From: a virus
Lineage: Duplodnaviria; Caudoviricetes
DNA: 24,535 nucleotides
Direction: 5' to 3' (one strand)
Virus record (IMG/VR): IMGVR_UViG_3300032335_000252
Coordinates: 1-24,535 of that record
Numbering within the stretch: the first letter of the stretch is position 1; each line of letters opens with the position of its first letter. The notes below the pieces were generated by a model. It did not search any database, was not told the DNA's origin, and was given only the letters and a program-made list of their open reading frames with translations. Positions 8,330-17,441 of the stretch are shown here, one piece after another. A program made the translations under genes and the position numbers.

Positions 8330-9163
8330 ATGCCAGCCAGGAATTATACTTCCGTATTAGATGCTAAGTCATTAGCAGTAACAATGAACTCATCTGTTAC
8401 TACTATGCAATTGAACAATCTTACAGGTATTCCAACATACCCTTTCACTATGGTCATTGAACCTGACACTGTTAACGAGGAAATTGTTACTGTTAGTGCT
8501 TTGTCTTCTGGTACAACTGTTACTGTTGTTCGTGGTCAAGACGGTACTACTGCTGTGTCTCACGATTCTGGCTCTGAAGTTCGCCATATGATTACTGCTC
8601 GTGACTTACAAGAACCACAAAACCATATCTTTGGTTCTGCTGGTGTGCACGGTGTTACTGGTTCTGTGGTTGGTACTACTGATTCACAGACTTTGACTAA
8701 CAAAACTTTAACTGCTCCTACTATTGCTGGTGCAACAGTTTCTGGAACCCTTACTGGTGGCACTTATGCTTCCACTACTTTAACTACTCCTACTATTGCA
8801 TCATTTACTAATGCTAATCATACTCACGCTGATGCTGCTGGTGGTGGTTCTTTACTTTACACTTTAAATAGTCAAGCAGCATCTTATACTTTAGTGTTGG
8901 CTGATGTTGGTAAAGTTATTCCTATCAGTAATGCTTCTGCTAACACTGTTACTGTTCCTTTAAATTCTTCTGTAGCATTTCCTGTTGGTTCTGTTGTTAC
9001 TTTAATTCAACTTGGTGCTGGTCAAACAACTATTGCTCCTGCTGCTGGAGTAACTATTCGTTCTGAATCCTCTAAACTTAAACTTAAAGCACAGTATGCT
9101 ACTGCTGGTTTATTAAAGACTGATACAGATACTTGGGTTGCTTTCGGTAACTTGGTGGCTTAA
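8330..9163 (+). CDS. Tail fibre / spike structural protein
   Basis: RGQDGT.A..H..G domain, TDSQTLTNKTLT fibre motif and a C-terminal YTLVLAD...TVTVP...FPVG...Q.GAGQ...W...G.L domain. Confidence 0.75.
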   Translation: MPARNYTSVLDAKSLAVTMNSSVTTMQLNNLTGIPTYPFTMVIEPDTVNEEIVTVSALSSGTTVTVVRGQDGTTAVSHDSGSEVRHMITARDLQEPQNHIFGSAGVHGVTGSVVGTTDSQTLTNKTLTAPTIAGATVSGTLTGGTYASTTLTTPTIASFTNANHTHADAAGGGSLLYTLNSQAASYTLVLADVGKVIPISNASANTVTVPLNSSVAFPVGSVVTLIQLGAGQTTIAPAAGVTIRSESSKLKLKAQYATAGLLKTDTDTWVAFGNLVA

Positions 9164-9984
9164 TGATTCTTCTTGCATCTTTAGGTTCAGCAGGAATTGA
9201 AGCAACTGGTGGTACTATTACCACTTATTCTTCTGGTGGTGCTGATTACAAAGTTCATTCTTTTACAACTACTGGTAACTCAACTTTTACACTTCTTTCA
9301 GGTGGTGACATTGAATATCTTATTGTTGCAGGTGGTGGTGCTGGTGGTGGTGTTATAGGTATTGTTGGTGACGTTGACCCTGGTGCTCCTGGTGGGGGTG
9401 GTGGTGGTGTTGTTACTGGTTCTTTTACTAATCTTAATTCTGGTTCTTACACAATTACTGTTGGTGCTGGTGGAACTGTTACAGGTGGCACAGGTAACTC
9501 TGGTGGTTCTTCTTCTTTTAATTCTGTTACTGCTACAGGTGGTGGTGGTGGTGCAAGAATTGGTAATGGTGGAACTTCTGGTAATGGTTTTGCTGGCGCT
9601 GGTGGAACCAATGCTTGCGGTGGCGGTGGTGGTGCTAGTGCTGTAGGCACTGCAAGTTATCCAGCAACATTAGCAGGTTCTTGGGGTGGCACAGGTGGTG
9701 CTGGTGTTTCTAATTCTTTACGTACTGGTTCTGCTGTATTTTACGGCGGCGGAGGTGGCGGTGGTGGCGTTATCTGGCAACAAGGCGCTGGTGGTTCTGG
9801 TGGTCCTGGTGGTAATGGCGGCGGTGGCGCTGGAGGTAACGGAAGCAATCCTGTAAGTTATGGTATTTCAGGTACCGCTAATACAGGAGGCGGAGGCGGT
9901 GGCGGTGGCTACCGTTTTATGGACCAAGGTCAAGCAGGTGCAGGCGGTACAGGCATTGTTGTTATTAGATACAGAACAAACTAA
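9163..9984 (+). CDS. Second glycine-rich domain protein
   Basis: ATGGTIT...YKVHSFT, EYLIVAGGG, FYGGGGGGG, GTANTGGGGGG and GGTGIVVIRY. Paralogous to 3610-4545. Confidence 0.8.
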   Translation: MILLASLGSAGIEATGGTITTYSSGGADYKVHSFTTTGNSTFTLLSGGDIEYLIVAGGGAGGGVIGIVGDVDPGAPGGGGGGVVTGSFTNLNSGSYTITVGAGGTVTGGTGNSGGSSSFNSVTATGGGGGARIGNGGTSGNGFAGAGGTNACGGGGGASAVGTASYPATLAGSWGGTGGAGVSNSLRTGSAVFYGGGGGGGGVIWQQGAGGSGGPGGNGGGGAGGNGSNPVSYGISGTANTGGGGGGGGYRFMDQGQAGAGGTGIVVIRYRTN

Positions 9985-9996
9985 GGATAAATATAA

Positions 9997-12165
9997 ATGA
10001 CAATTAGAGATTTAACAGAAGACTTTGTATACGACTTATCCTTAACGCAAGGTGCAACATCTAACTATCAACTATCAGACGTATCATTTGATATTGCTGT
10101 AAACAATATGCCATTCTTTATAGCATCAACAGATGAACAACCATACCGTAGAGAATCAGCCCCTTACAAACGTGAACAGATTGACCAAACAACTGAACCA
10201 GGTGAACAATCATTTACTGGTTGGTGGTTTCGCTCTCAATCATCTTGTCACCTTGGTGCTGGAGCAAAGTTCTTTGAACCTGCACAGGATGAAACTTTAC
10301 GTTACAGATTCTTTGACTCTGAAGGTGTTGATGTTTGGACTAAAGGTGAAGTAAGTCTTCTTAAAGATGTTGATACTTCTCACGTAACTACTTCTGCTAG
10401 TCTTAAACTTCGTTCTATTCGTGAATCAAACAGAGATGAAGCACTTCTTTTAGATGGTCACGATGTTGATAAAGTGTTTCCAAGAATAACTGTATCTATT
10501 AACAATAAGGCTTTGACTTCTAACGTTGCAACTTTAACAACTGTAGATGCACACGGTTTAGCCGTTGGTATGCAAATAGTTATTACAGGTGTTGATGCAA
10601 CATTTAACGGTGAATACCGTGTTACTGGTGTTCCAACAAGCACAACTTTTACTTACGCAAAAACTGCATCCAATGTTACTTCAACTGCTGTGTCTCCTGT
10701 TGGTACTGGTACTTCAGACATTATTCATTTCATTGATTACAACTCTGGTTCAGATGACCCTGTTTATGCTATTTGTGATGATGGTACAACAGCCTATTGG
10801 GCAACTAACGATATTGATACCACAAATAAAGCACACTTATTTAAGAAAGCGTTAACTGGTACATCAGCAACTGCTGAAACTTTAATGTTCAATATCAATG
10901 GTTACACTTTTACTGAAGGTAAAGTTGTTATGGAATGGGTTAAGGGTCGCATTATTCTTTGTACAGATAACAAAGTTTGTGAACTAACCCCAACATCAGG
11001 TGTTGGTGCTTACAATAATCCAATATTTACCCATACTAATACTTCATATACTTTTACAAGTGTTGCAGAATCAGGTGCAGCAATCTATGTGTCAGGTTAT
11101 GCTGGCACACAATCATCAATCTACAAATTTACTTTATCTGATGCTGGTGCTATCACTTCGCTAACATCTGCTGTTGTGGCTGCACAGATGCCTGATGGTG
11201 AATTAATTTATTCAATGAAACAATACCTTGGCTATATGATGATAGGTACATCTAAAGGTATCAGAGCAGCAATCATTTCACCTGATGATGGCTCAATATC
11301 TTATGGTCCTTTGATTGCTGAAACAGAACAACCTGTTTACGATTTTACTTTTAGAGATAGATTCTGTTGGGCAACAGCCAACGTTAATGATAAAGCAGGA
11401 CTAATTCGTATTGATTTAAGTGAACAAATTAGCCCTCTTAGATTTGCTTACGCTCACGATTTATTTACAAATGTTGCGAACAAAGAATGTAAAGGTGTTG
11501 CTTTTCTTGGAACATCTGACCGTAAAATATTTTCTGTAAACTCAGATTATAATTACATAGAATCAGATACAAGACTTGTTGAAACTGGTTATCTTCGTAC
11601 AGGATTTATTCGTTACGCAACTATTGAATCAAAATACTTTAAGTTCCTTAAGGTTAGAGGCGATTTAGGTAGCGGAACAATTGATGTTTCAACTGTAACT
11701 AACAACGAGGTTGTAACCTTTTTGTATAACGTTGCTGCTGAAGCAAGTAACGTAGACCTTGGTATTGCTAGACCTGTTGGTGCACAAGAATATCTTGCTT
11801 TCAAATTTACTCTTTACAGAGACTCAGTTGACACAACTAAAGGTGCAGTTATGAGTGGGTATCAGGTTAAAGCCTTACCTGCTATAGAGAAACAAAGACT
11901 TATCCAGTTCCCATTGTACTGTTATGACGTGGAGATGGATAAGTATAACAACATTGTTGGTTCCGAAGACGATAGAGCGTTTGACCGTATCTCTGAACTT
12001 GAAGACATAGAGAAAACAGGTAACGTTGTTACTATCCAAGACTTCAGAACTAATGAAACATATTCAGCGTTGATTGAAGAGATAAGATTCTCTTCTGCAA
12101 CACCACCAAGTGAAAGATTTAATGGCTTTGGTGGCAAACTTCTACTACTCGTAAGGAAATTATAA
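9997..12165 (+). CDS. Large tail protein (tail tubular B / nozzle-like, probable beta-propeller)
   Basis: 722 aa beta-rich protein at the end of the structural block, just before the lysis genes. The function is inferred from size, position and composition. Confidence 0.55.
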   Translation: MTIRDLTEDFVYDLSLTQGATSNYQLSDVSFDIAVNNMPFFIASTDEQPYRRESAPYKREQIDQTTEPGEQSFTGWWFRSQSSCHLGAGAKFFEPAQDETLRYRFFDSEGVDVWTKGEVSLLKDVDTSHVTTSASLKLRSIRESNRDEALLLDGHDVDKVFPRITVSINNKALTSNVATLTTVDAHGLAVGMQIVITGVDATFNGEYRVTGVPTSTTFTYAKTASNVTSTAVSPVGTGTSDIIHFIDYNSGSDDPVYAICDDGTTAYWATNDIDTTNKAHLFKKALTGTSATAETLMFNINGYTFTEGKVVMEWVKGRIILCTDNKVCELTPTSGVGAYNNPIFTHTNTSYTFTSVAESGAAIYVSGYAGTQSSIYKFTLSDAGAITSLTSAVVAAQMPDGELIYSMKQYLGYMMIGTSKGIRAAIISPDDGSISYGPLIAETEQPVYDFTFRDRFCWATANVNDKAGLIRIDLSEQISPLRFAYAHDLFTNVANKECKGVAFLGTSDRKIFSVNSDYNYIESDTRLVETGYLRTGFIRYATIESKYFKFLKVRGDLGSGTIDVSTVTNNEVVTFLYNVAAEASNVDLGIARPVGAQEYLAFKFTLYRDSVDTTKGAVMSGYQVKALPAIEKQRLIQFPLYCYDVEMDKYNNIVGSEDDRAFDRISELEDIEKTGNVVTIQDFRTNETYSALIEEIRFSSATPPSERFNGFGGKLLLLVRKL

Positions 12166-12416
12166 TGTCATTACACGTATTAAAGAACGTTGTTACACGT
12201 TCATTAGCCCTATTTATTTCTTTTGCCCTACCCTCAGTTGGAGTGGGTGCGTTCGCAGGTGTAGAACCTGTCAAAGCGGCAGCCATCGCTGGAGGTTTAG
12301 CAGTTGCTGGAATTGTTACCGACCTTGCCAGAGAGTTCCTGAAAGATGGAGACCTTACATTGTCTGAAGTTGACGAAGTGTTTAAGAAAGCATCTAAAGG
12401 TAAGGGTGGCAAGTAA
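12165..12416 (+). CDS. Putative holin
   Basis: 83 aa with two hydrophobic segments and a charged C-terminus, immediately upstream of the endolysin. Confidence 0.65.
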   Translation: MSLHVLKNVVTRSLALFISFALPSVGVGAFAGVEPVKAAAIAGGLAVAGIVTDLAREFLKDGDLTLSEVDEVFKKASKGKGGK

Positions 12417-12418
12417 GA

Positions 12419-12820
12419 ATGGGTTTACCTATTAAAGATGGAAAGATTACTACACCTTACAATAAAGCAGGTAAGATGTGGAAATCAGGTTTTCATACTG
12501 GTGTAGACTTCGCAGTTCCTACTGGTACAGATATTCTTGCAGCCTGTGATGGCACCGTTGTTGCAAACAACTGGGGTGCTGCATATGGCAAACAAGTTAT
12601 TGTTAAAGCAAATATTAATGGTAAAGATGTGTGGATGATTTATGCCCATTGCTCAGAAACTTTTGTTAAGGCTGGAGCCAAAGTTAAAACTGGTCAGCAC
12701 ATAGCAGAATCTGGCAACACTGGCAATTCATCTGGTCCACATTTACATTTTGAAGTAAGAGACAATGCTAGATGGTCTGCTGGTAAACCAGTTGACCCTA
12801 AGGATATTCTTGCTATTTAG
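12419..12820 (+). CDS. M23-family metallopeptidase (endolysin)
   Basis: HTGVD (HxxxD), YAH and SGNTGNSSGPHLHFEV (HxH) motifs. Confidence 0.92.
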   Translation: MGLPIKDGKITTPYNKAGKMWKSGFHTGVDFAVPTGTDILAACDGTVVANNWGAAYGKQVIVKANINGKDVWMIYAHCSETFVKAGAKVKTGQHIAESGNTGNSSGPHLHFEVRDNARWSAGKPVDPKDILAI

Positions 12821-13346
12821 TTTGTTTATGTGTTATAAAGGGTGGTGCAGTGAAGACATTGTTCTTCGCTGCAATACTCATAGCCTGCTTCCAAGAAGCA
12901 CCTGCGTGTAAAGCACCTATGGCATAAGATGCCCCACTACCTATGCCATAGATACCATCGTCTCTCATCAGCACAGACAAAGTATCATCTATTTCGTAGA
13001 TAACACCGTTTAATGCTATGAGAAATATAAAGTCTTGGTCTTCTGATTCTTTATCTGGTTGATAACCGTTAACAGATAAAGTAAATCTTAATGATGGTGC
13101 AATTGTTTCAACCATATAATGATATGGGTCTTTGGTTGCCACTGGTGTTAATGATGGTGGTTTCCAAATGTGTTGTAAAATATCGCAAGGCAATGTTAGT
13201 CCTGCACCTGCTATAAGAAACTTTCCACGTTTAGTTATCTTTGTAACTGTTGGGTGTGAGTAGGTTCTCCCTGAATCATCTGTGATTCGTGAGTCTGCTA
13301 CAAGTAAACAATGGTCTGGTTTTTGTATACCAATTATTGTTGTCAT
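12813..13346 (-). CDS. Ntn-hydrolase, proteasome beta-subunit/HslV-like peptidase (start revised to 13346)
   Basis: An ATGA overlap gives MTTIIG (N-terminal Thr nucleophile), followed by ADSR, a conserved K and GIGSG..YA.GAL. Confidence 0.85.
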   Translation of the reverse strand: MTTIIGIQKPDHCLLVADSRITDDSGRTYSHPTVTKITKRGKFLIAGAGLTLPCDILQHIWKPPSLTPVATKDPYHYMVETIAPSLRFTLSVNGYQPDKESEDQDFIFLIALNGVIYEIDDTLSVLMRDDGIYGIGSGASYAIGALHAGASWKQAMSIAAKNNVFTAPPFITHKQTK

Positions 13347-13927
13347 TGGTTCCACTTCTTTTCAAAGTATTCTTTATCTGCAACAGTAAGTTGCATTAGG
13401 TCTTCGTTAATAGATGTTAAATGATTTGGGTGTAAGTGTTCCACTTCTGCTGGAACATAAACAACTTCGCCTATCTCTTTTGCTTTCAATCTAATATCAT
13501 CATCACCGTACCACCATCTGAATGTTTCATCTGCTCTGATGTTTGATTTAATATCAAGCACCCAGCAGTATCCTGGTATGTGTCCTGAGTATGGTAACGG
13601 ATAACCAAGTACAGCATCGAGTTTTTTCATACCATAAGCAATCTTATTTATAGGATTATTTTTTAGTCTTAAGTCATCATTTAATACAGCAATGTAATCA
13701 GCACTAAAGGTTCTGGCAATATCTATGCCACGATTCCACCATCTGTGGATATTAATTGGGTCTAAATCCCAAACGTTATTAACACCTTCTATTGGTTCTG
13801 ATTCAACTGTATGCACAATCACAATTTTTTCAGGAGAAATTTGACTTTCATTAATTATATCAGCAAGGTATTGACGGCGCGTTCCAGTTGGGATGGTCAA
13901 CCAAATGTCTAGGTTACTATCCGTCAT
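13343..13927 (-). CDS. GT-A fold glycosyltransferase (start revised to about 13927)
   Basis: LTIPT, WWNRGI, AVLNDD, DE.FRWWYGDDD and VEHLHP are GT2-like motifs. Confidence 0.75.
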   Translation of the reverse strand: MTDSNLDIWLTIPTGTRRQYLADIINESQISPEKIVIVHTVESEPIEGVNNVWDLDPINIHRWWNRGIDIARTFSADYIAVLNDDLRLKNNPINKIAYGMKKLDAVLGYPLPYSGHIPGYCWVLDIKSNIRADETFRWWYGDDDIRLKAKEIGEVVYVPAEVEHLHPNHLTSINEDLMQLTVADKEYFEKKWNQ

Positions 13928-14897
13928 AACTATCTTCATCCTTACCACTCTTGTTGCCCAACCATCATACTCTGATGATGTGACTATCAATCTTAATCCT
14001 AGCACACCTTATGTGGATGTGCCATTTACTGTAACCGAACCAGTAGATGCCACTATCTCAACTGTTACTGGTACACCACAAACCAATCCTGGGTTCATTG
14101 ATTCCTGGATTGAACTATGGCAAGGTTTAAACAAACTTCGTGCAGACGATGATAGTGCTCACAGTGCTAGCAATGTGTTAGCATCCATCATCAATATGCC
14201 TTTGCAAGTTGGCGATTACTTTATTCGTGCTACATCTTTTGCTTATATGTGTTGCAATGCACGTCCTACTGGTACATATTTGTTGTCTACAAATTTAACA
14301 GTAAGTATGCCAAGCCCATCACCGACAGAGATATTGTCGACACCAGAGCCAAGCCCTTCGCTAACTGAAAGTTCGACACCTAGTCCAACCCCAACTCAGA
14401 CTTCATCTTCGCCAACTCCTGAGCCAACACCTGAGCCTTCTTCTCCTTCTCCGTCACCGACTGATATTCCTCAGCCAACAGAAAATCCAGAGGTTCCAGT
14501 TGGTCCAACTCAAGAGCCAGACGAGCCAGACCCTGTACCTTCTGTAGAGTTGATACTGCCTTCTGAACTTCCGACTCCAGATGTTCAAGATACTTTAATA
14601 GAAGTTGTTGATGAGTCACTTATTGATTTCCCTTCTTCTTTGGAGAACGACTTACCTTCGTTGGAAGAGACTTTACCCACTGACGAAACTGAATCTCTCC
14701 TTGAATTTCTTCCAGAATTCTCATTAGAAAGTTTGCAAGAAACATTCCAACAAATATCTGAAACCATAACTGCTGCATTATCTACCGTATCCAATCTTGG
14801 TTCTGAGTTTACACCTGAAGAACGAGAGCAAGCCCAACAGGTAGTACTTGGTGCTGTAATTGTAACACAACTATCAACTGCAAGGAGAATAAAGTGA
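13905..14897 (+). CDS. Exported/membrane protein with a beta-sandwich domain and Pro/Ser/Thr-rich stalk
   Basis: Signal-peptide-like MSRLLSVITIFILTTLVAQPSYS, then a DSWIELW...DDDS...GDYFIRATS domain (PPC/Ig-like), a PSPTPEPTP linker, an acidic region and a short hydrophobic C-terminal segment. Confidence 0.75.
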   Translation: MSRLLSVITIFILTTLVAQPSYSDDVTINLNPSTPYVDVPFTVTEPVDATISTVTGTPQTNPGFIDSWIELWQGLNKLRADDDSAHSASNVLASIINMPLQVGDYFIRATSFAYMCCNARPTGTYLLSTNLTVSMPSPSPTEILSTPEPSPSLTESSTPSPTPTQTSSSPTPEPTPEPSSPSPSPTDIPQPTENPEVPVGPTQEPDEPDPVPSVELILPSELPTPDVQDTLIEVVDESLIDFPSSLENDLPSLEETLPTDETESLLEFLPEFSLESLQETFQQISETITAALSTVSNLGSEFTPEEREQAQQVVLGAVIVTQLSTARRIK

Positions 14898-15094
14898 GAA
14901 AAATTTTATCATTCATCTGGAAACATCTTGATGCCTGGGCTGGAGAAGCCTTTACCCTAGTTGGTTTGGCTATTGCTTGGATGGTGTTACCTCCTGGTGA
15001 GACAAGGGATGTTGTTGGTATCATTTGCCTTGGTGCTTTTGCTGTTTGGACACTGTTTAAGGTCACCCTTAACAGCGATTCTGAGGGCAAATAA
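14894..15094 (+). CDS. Small two-TM membrane protein
   Basis: 66 aa with two hydrophobic helices and a GTGA overlap with the upstream gene. Confidence 0.75.
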   Translation: MRKILSFIWKHLDAWAGEAFTLVGLAIAWMVLPPGETRDVVGIICLGAFAVWTLFKVTLNSDSEGK

Positions 15095-15116
15095 GGGCAA
15101 AATTAGACAGTTTTAT

Positions 15117-15153
15117 AGGCAGGTTGGGTAGGAATATCCATCCTGCCTTTTTT
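15117..15153 (+). terminator. Rho-independent terminator of the + strand block
   Basis: AGGCAGG-T-TGGGTA [GGAA] TATCCA-T-CCTGCCT stem with a GNRA loop and a following T run. It lies between convergent genes and has no U-tract on the - strand. Confidence 0.85.
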
Positions 15154-15158
15154 GTCAT

Positions 15159-15788
15159 TTAATCAGAATGATTTTTGTAGTCCTTATCAGGTCTTGGAGC
15201 ACGACCACCAAGTTTTTTAATGATAGCATCAATGGCTCTAGTCACTTTCATCCTAGCATTTTCAGTAGTGATACCTAAAGCAACACTTAAATCTTTAGAG
15301 TTACGACCATTCAAATACCATTGCAATAATACTTCTTGATGTTGTAAACCTATGCGTTCAAACGCATACGAAACATCTGCTTGCATAGCCATAAGACTTC
15401 CACCTTCACTGGGTGCAAATGTTTTTCTATCACCATTAACATCAGAGAAAACTGGTTGAGACCATTCATCACTAAGAACTGATGGAAGTATCTCTTCAAC
15501 CACATCACGATGATAATAAGATAAGTCTGCTACTTCATACCCAACTGTTCTTGCTTTTTCTTTTTGACAAAAATCGTGTGCACGATTATGTAAAGACCTA
15601 TTGATAAGTTTAGTTGCAAGTTTTTGGTCATCCATCTTTGACCACTCTTCAAGTTTCTTAGGGTGTTCAAGGAACCACAACCATAACTCTTGAATGATAT
15701 CTTCTCTTGGAACCATAGGATAATCCTTGTGTTTAGAGTAAGAAACATTCTTAACTAAATCATTGTATTCAGTTATGTAATCTACCAC
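15159..15788 (-). CDS. Phage sigma-70-like (ECF-type) sigma factor
   Basis: Region 2-like EDIIQELWLWFL and region 4 HTH SKDLSVALGITTENARMKVTRAI. Confidence 0.8.
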   Translation of the reverse strand: MVDYITEYNDLVKNVSYSKHKDYPMVPREDIIQELWLWFLEHPKKLEEWSKMDDQKLATKLINRSLHNRAHDFCQKEKARTVGYEVADLSYYHRDVVEEILPSVLSDEWSQPVFSDVNGDRKTFAPSEGGSLMAMQADVSYAFERIGLQHQEVLLQWYLNGRNSKDLSVALGITTENARMKVTRAIDAIIKKLGGRAPRPDKDYKNHSD

Positions 15789-16537
15789 TTGTAACTTTTT
15801 CCTTCTACGATAAAAGAATTCCCTATCATTGGTACAGGTACTGGTGTTACTTTACCTTTATCAATGTATAGAATTCCGAACCCACTTTGCCAGTTGGCTG
15901 AGCCACCTTTAAGATAGGTTGCTTGTTTCAAATCCATAATGTTTCCAACTTCAAAACCATAAAGACTTGAAGTGTACTTACCATTGAACGAAGTGTTCGT
16001 GTGGATTAATCCTTGCTTATGTGTATGTCCACATACTACTGACATACCAATCTTCTTTGCTAATGACATTGCTGTACCACCAGCGTAACGACTGGTTGCA
16101 CCTTCATCACCGTGACCCATAACCCAACCAGGAGCAAACTCCCAAAGTTTATTATGATAAGTAATACCAAGGTCACGATAACCTAAAAGTTTTTCATACT
16201 TCAAATCTCTAAGTGTTGCTAATGCTGGAGCATCGCGTTCAATGTAACGTTGTATTCTATCGCCGTGATTACTTCTCATTAAATGAAAAGGTTTACTTCC
16301 TATTGCTTTACGAAACTTACCCATAATAGAAGTAGTTTCATCAAGGTCTCGTTGTAGATTAGAATGCTCTGCAACATATCCTTTAGACCAACGTGCTGGG
16401 GCTAAGCAATCTGCTTCATCACCAACACAAAAGAGTTCATCTGGTTGGTAGTCTTTAACAAACTTAATCGTTGCGTCTATTGCTTTCTTGTTATGCAAAG
16501 GAATCTGCATATCAGATAAGACTACAATGCGTTTCAT
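15782..16537 (-). CDS. Calcineurin-like metallophosphoesterase
   Basis: SDMQ, GDEAD, SNH, HGD and GHTH motifs. Confidence 0.88.
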   Translation of the reverse strand: MKRIVVLSDMQIPLHNKKAIDATIKFVKDYQPDELFCVGDEADCLAPARWSKGYVAEHSNLQRDLDETTSIMGKFRKAIGSKPFHLMRSNHGDRIQRYIERDAPALATLRDLKYEKLLGYRDLGITYHNKLWEFAPGWVMGHGDEGATSRYAGGTAMSLAKKIGMSVVCGHTHKQGLIHTNTSFNGKYTSSLYGFEVGNIMDLKQATYLKGGSANWQSGFGILYIDKGKVTPVPVPMIGNSFIVEGKSYKW

Positions 16538-16827
16538 TCAACGCCTTCCCATTGTTTATCTAGCACCATCATTGCGATGATTGCATAGTTTGCTATATCC
16601 AAAAAGGAATCACGTAATGATTCGTTCTCTGGTGTTGCACCTGTTTCAACAAGGTTATTAATGCGAGCAAGTTTGTCAAACATTCTCACACGTAACCCAT
16701 TAAGTGGACCACCAGGTGAATCAGATATATTCTTTGGTCCATAATCTTTTTGTTTCTTGATTAACAGTTCTGCTAAACCATCTGTATACACATAGGTTAA
16801 TTCAGCAAATTTAACTTCGTTATACAT
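16534..16827 (-). CDS. DUF1599 / nucleotide-modification-associated domain 1 protein (start revised to 16827)
   Basis: KK.KDYG, RMFDKLARINNL and ESLRDSFLDIANYAII motifs, with a TAATG overlap. Confidence 0.8.
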   Translation of the reverse strand: MYNEVKFAELTYVYTDGLAELLIKKQKDYGPKNISDSPGGPLNGLRVRMFDKLARINNLVETGATPENESLRDSFLDIANYAIIAMMVLDKQWEGVE

Positions 16828-17441
16828 TACGCAGCAACCTTTCCTTTGAACCAATCGGAACCATTCTTAATGAACAAACTGTTAACATCTTCACCATCAG
16901 GAATGGTGATAGGTATAACGCCTGCTACTTTTCTTGCTAAGTCTTTTGCAAAGTCACGACCTGCTGTATCACCATCAGCAAACACATAAATCCTATCAAA
17001 GTCTGACAAGATTTTGTAATGATGTGACTTAATATTTTTTACACCAGGAATACCAATAGCAGGGTAACCTAGTTTAGAAAGTGTCATAGTATCTATTTCA
17101 CCTTCGCATAAACATATCCAATCAGTTGCCTGAAAGTATGCTTCAACATTGTACAACCTTGTCTCAGAACCTGGAAGTCCTAGATACTTTGGTTCAGAAT
17201 AATCTATTGCTCTGAATCTAATATCAACAACGCCTGCTCTAGTTAGGTAAGGTATCGCCAGTCTGTTCTCGTACGCTTCGTGACCTACGAGTGGTTGGTT
17301 CACTACCCCCAGACGAAACTTCTCTGCGTCTGCTAGTGATAGTCCCCTCTTGGCGAGATACTCTTCTGCCAAGTTGATTGACTTTTGGTAGTGCAATGTC
17401 GCTTGTTCCAACAATCTCTTCTGCTCTTGATTTTGCTTCAC
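16827..17441 (-). CDS. DNA primase, TOPRIM (catalytic) part
   Basis: YLAKRG, RLAIPY, PKYL, CEGEID, GIPG and FADGDTAG motifs. GTG at 17441 with GGAAGGGA upstream. Confidence 0.9.
   Translation of the reverse strand: MKQNQEQKRLLEQATLHYQKSINLAEEYLAKRGLSLADAEKFRLGVVNQPLVGHEAYENRLAIPYLTRAGVVDIRFRAIDYSEPKYLGLPGSETRLYNVEAYFQATDWICLCEGEIDTMTLSKLGYPAIGIPGVKNIKSHHYKILSDFDRIYVFADGDTAGRDFAKDLARKVAGVIPITIPDGEDVNSLFIKNGSDWFKGKVAA

Noticed and set aside
9362-9646. Val/Leu-rich, membrane-looking 94-aa ORF
   Set aside because: It is an off-frame reading of GGT/GCT-rich codons in the Gly-rich gene. The same applies to other nested ORFs such as 10589-10855 and 3629-3901.
3610-9984. Diversity-generating retroelement acting on the paralogous tail genes
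   Set aside because: No reverse transcriptase is present, and I saw no near-identical template/variable repeat pair differing at adenines.
15084-15101. Short direct repeat AGGGCAAA twice before the terminator
   Set aside because: It is only 8 bp with no further copies noticed, so it is likely a local duplication or chance.
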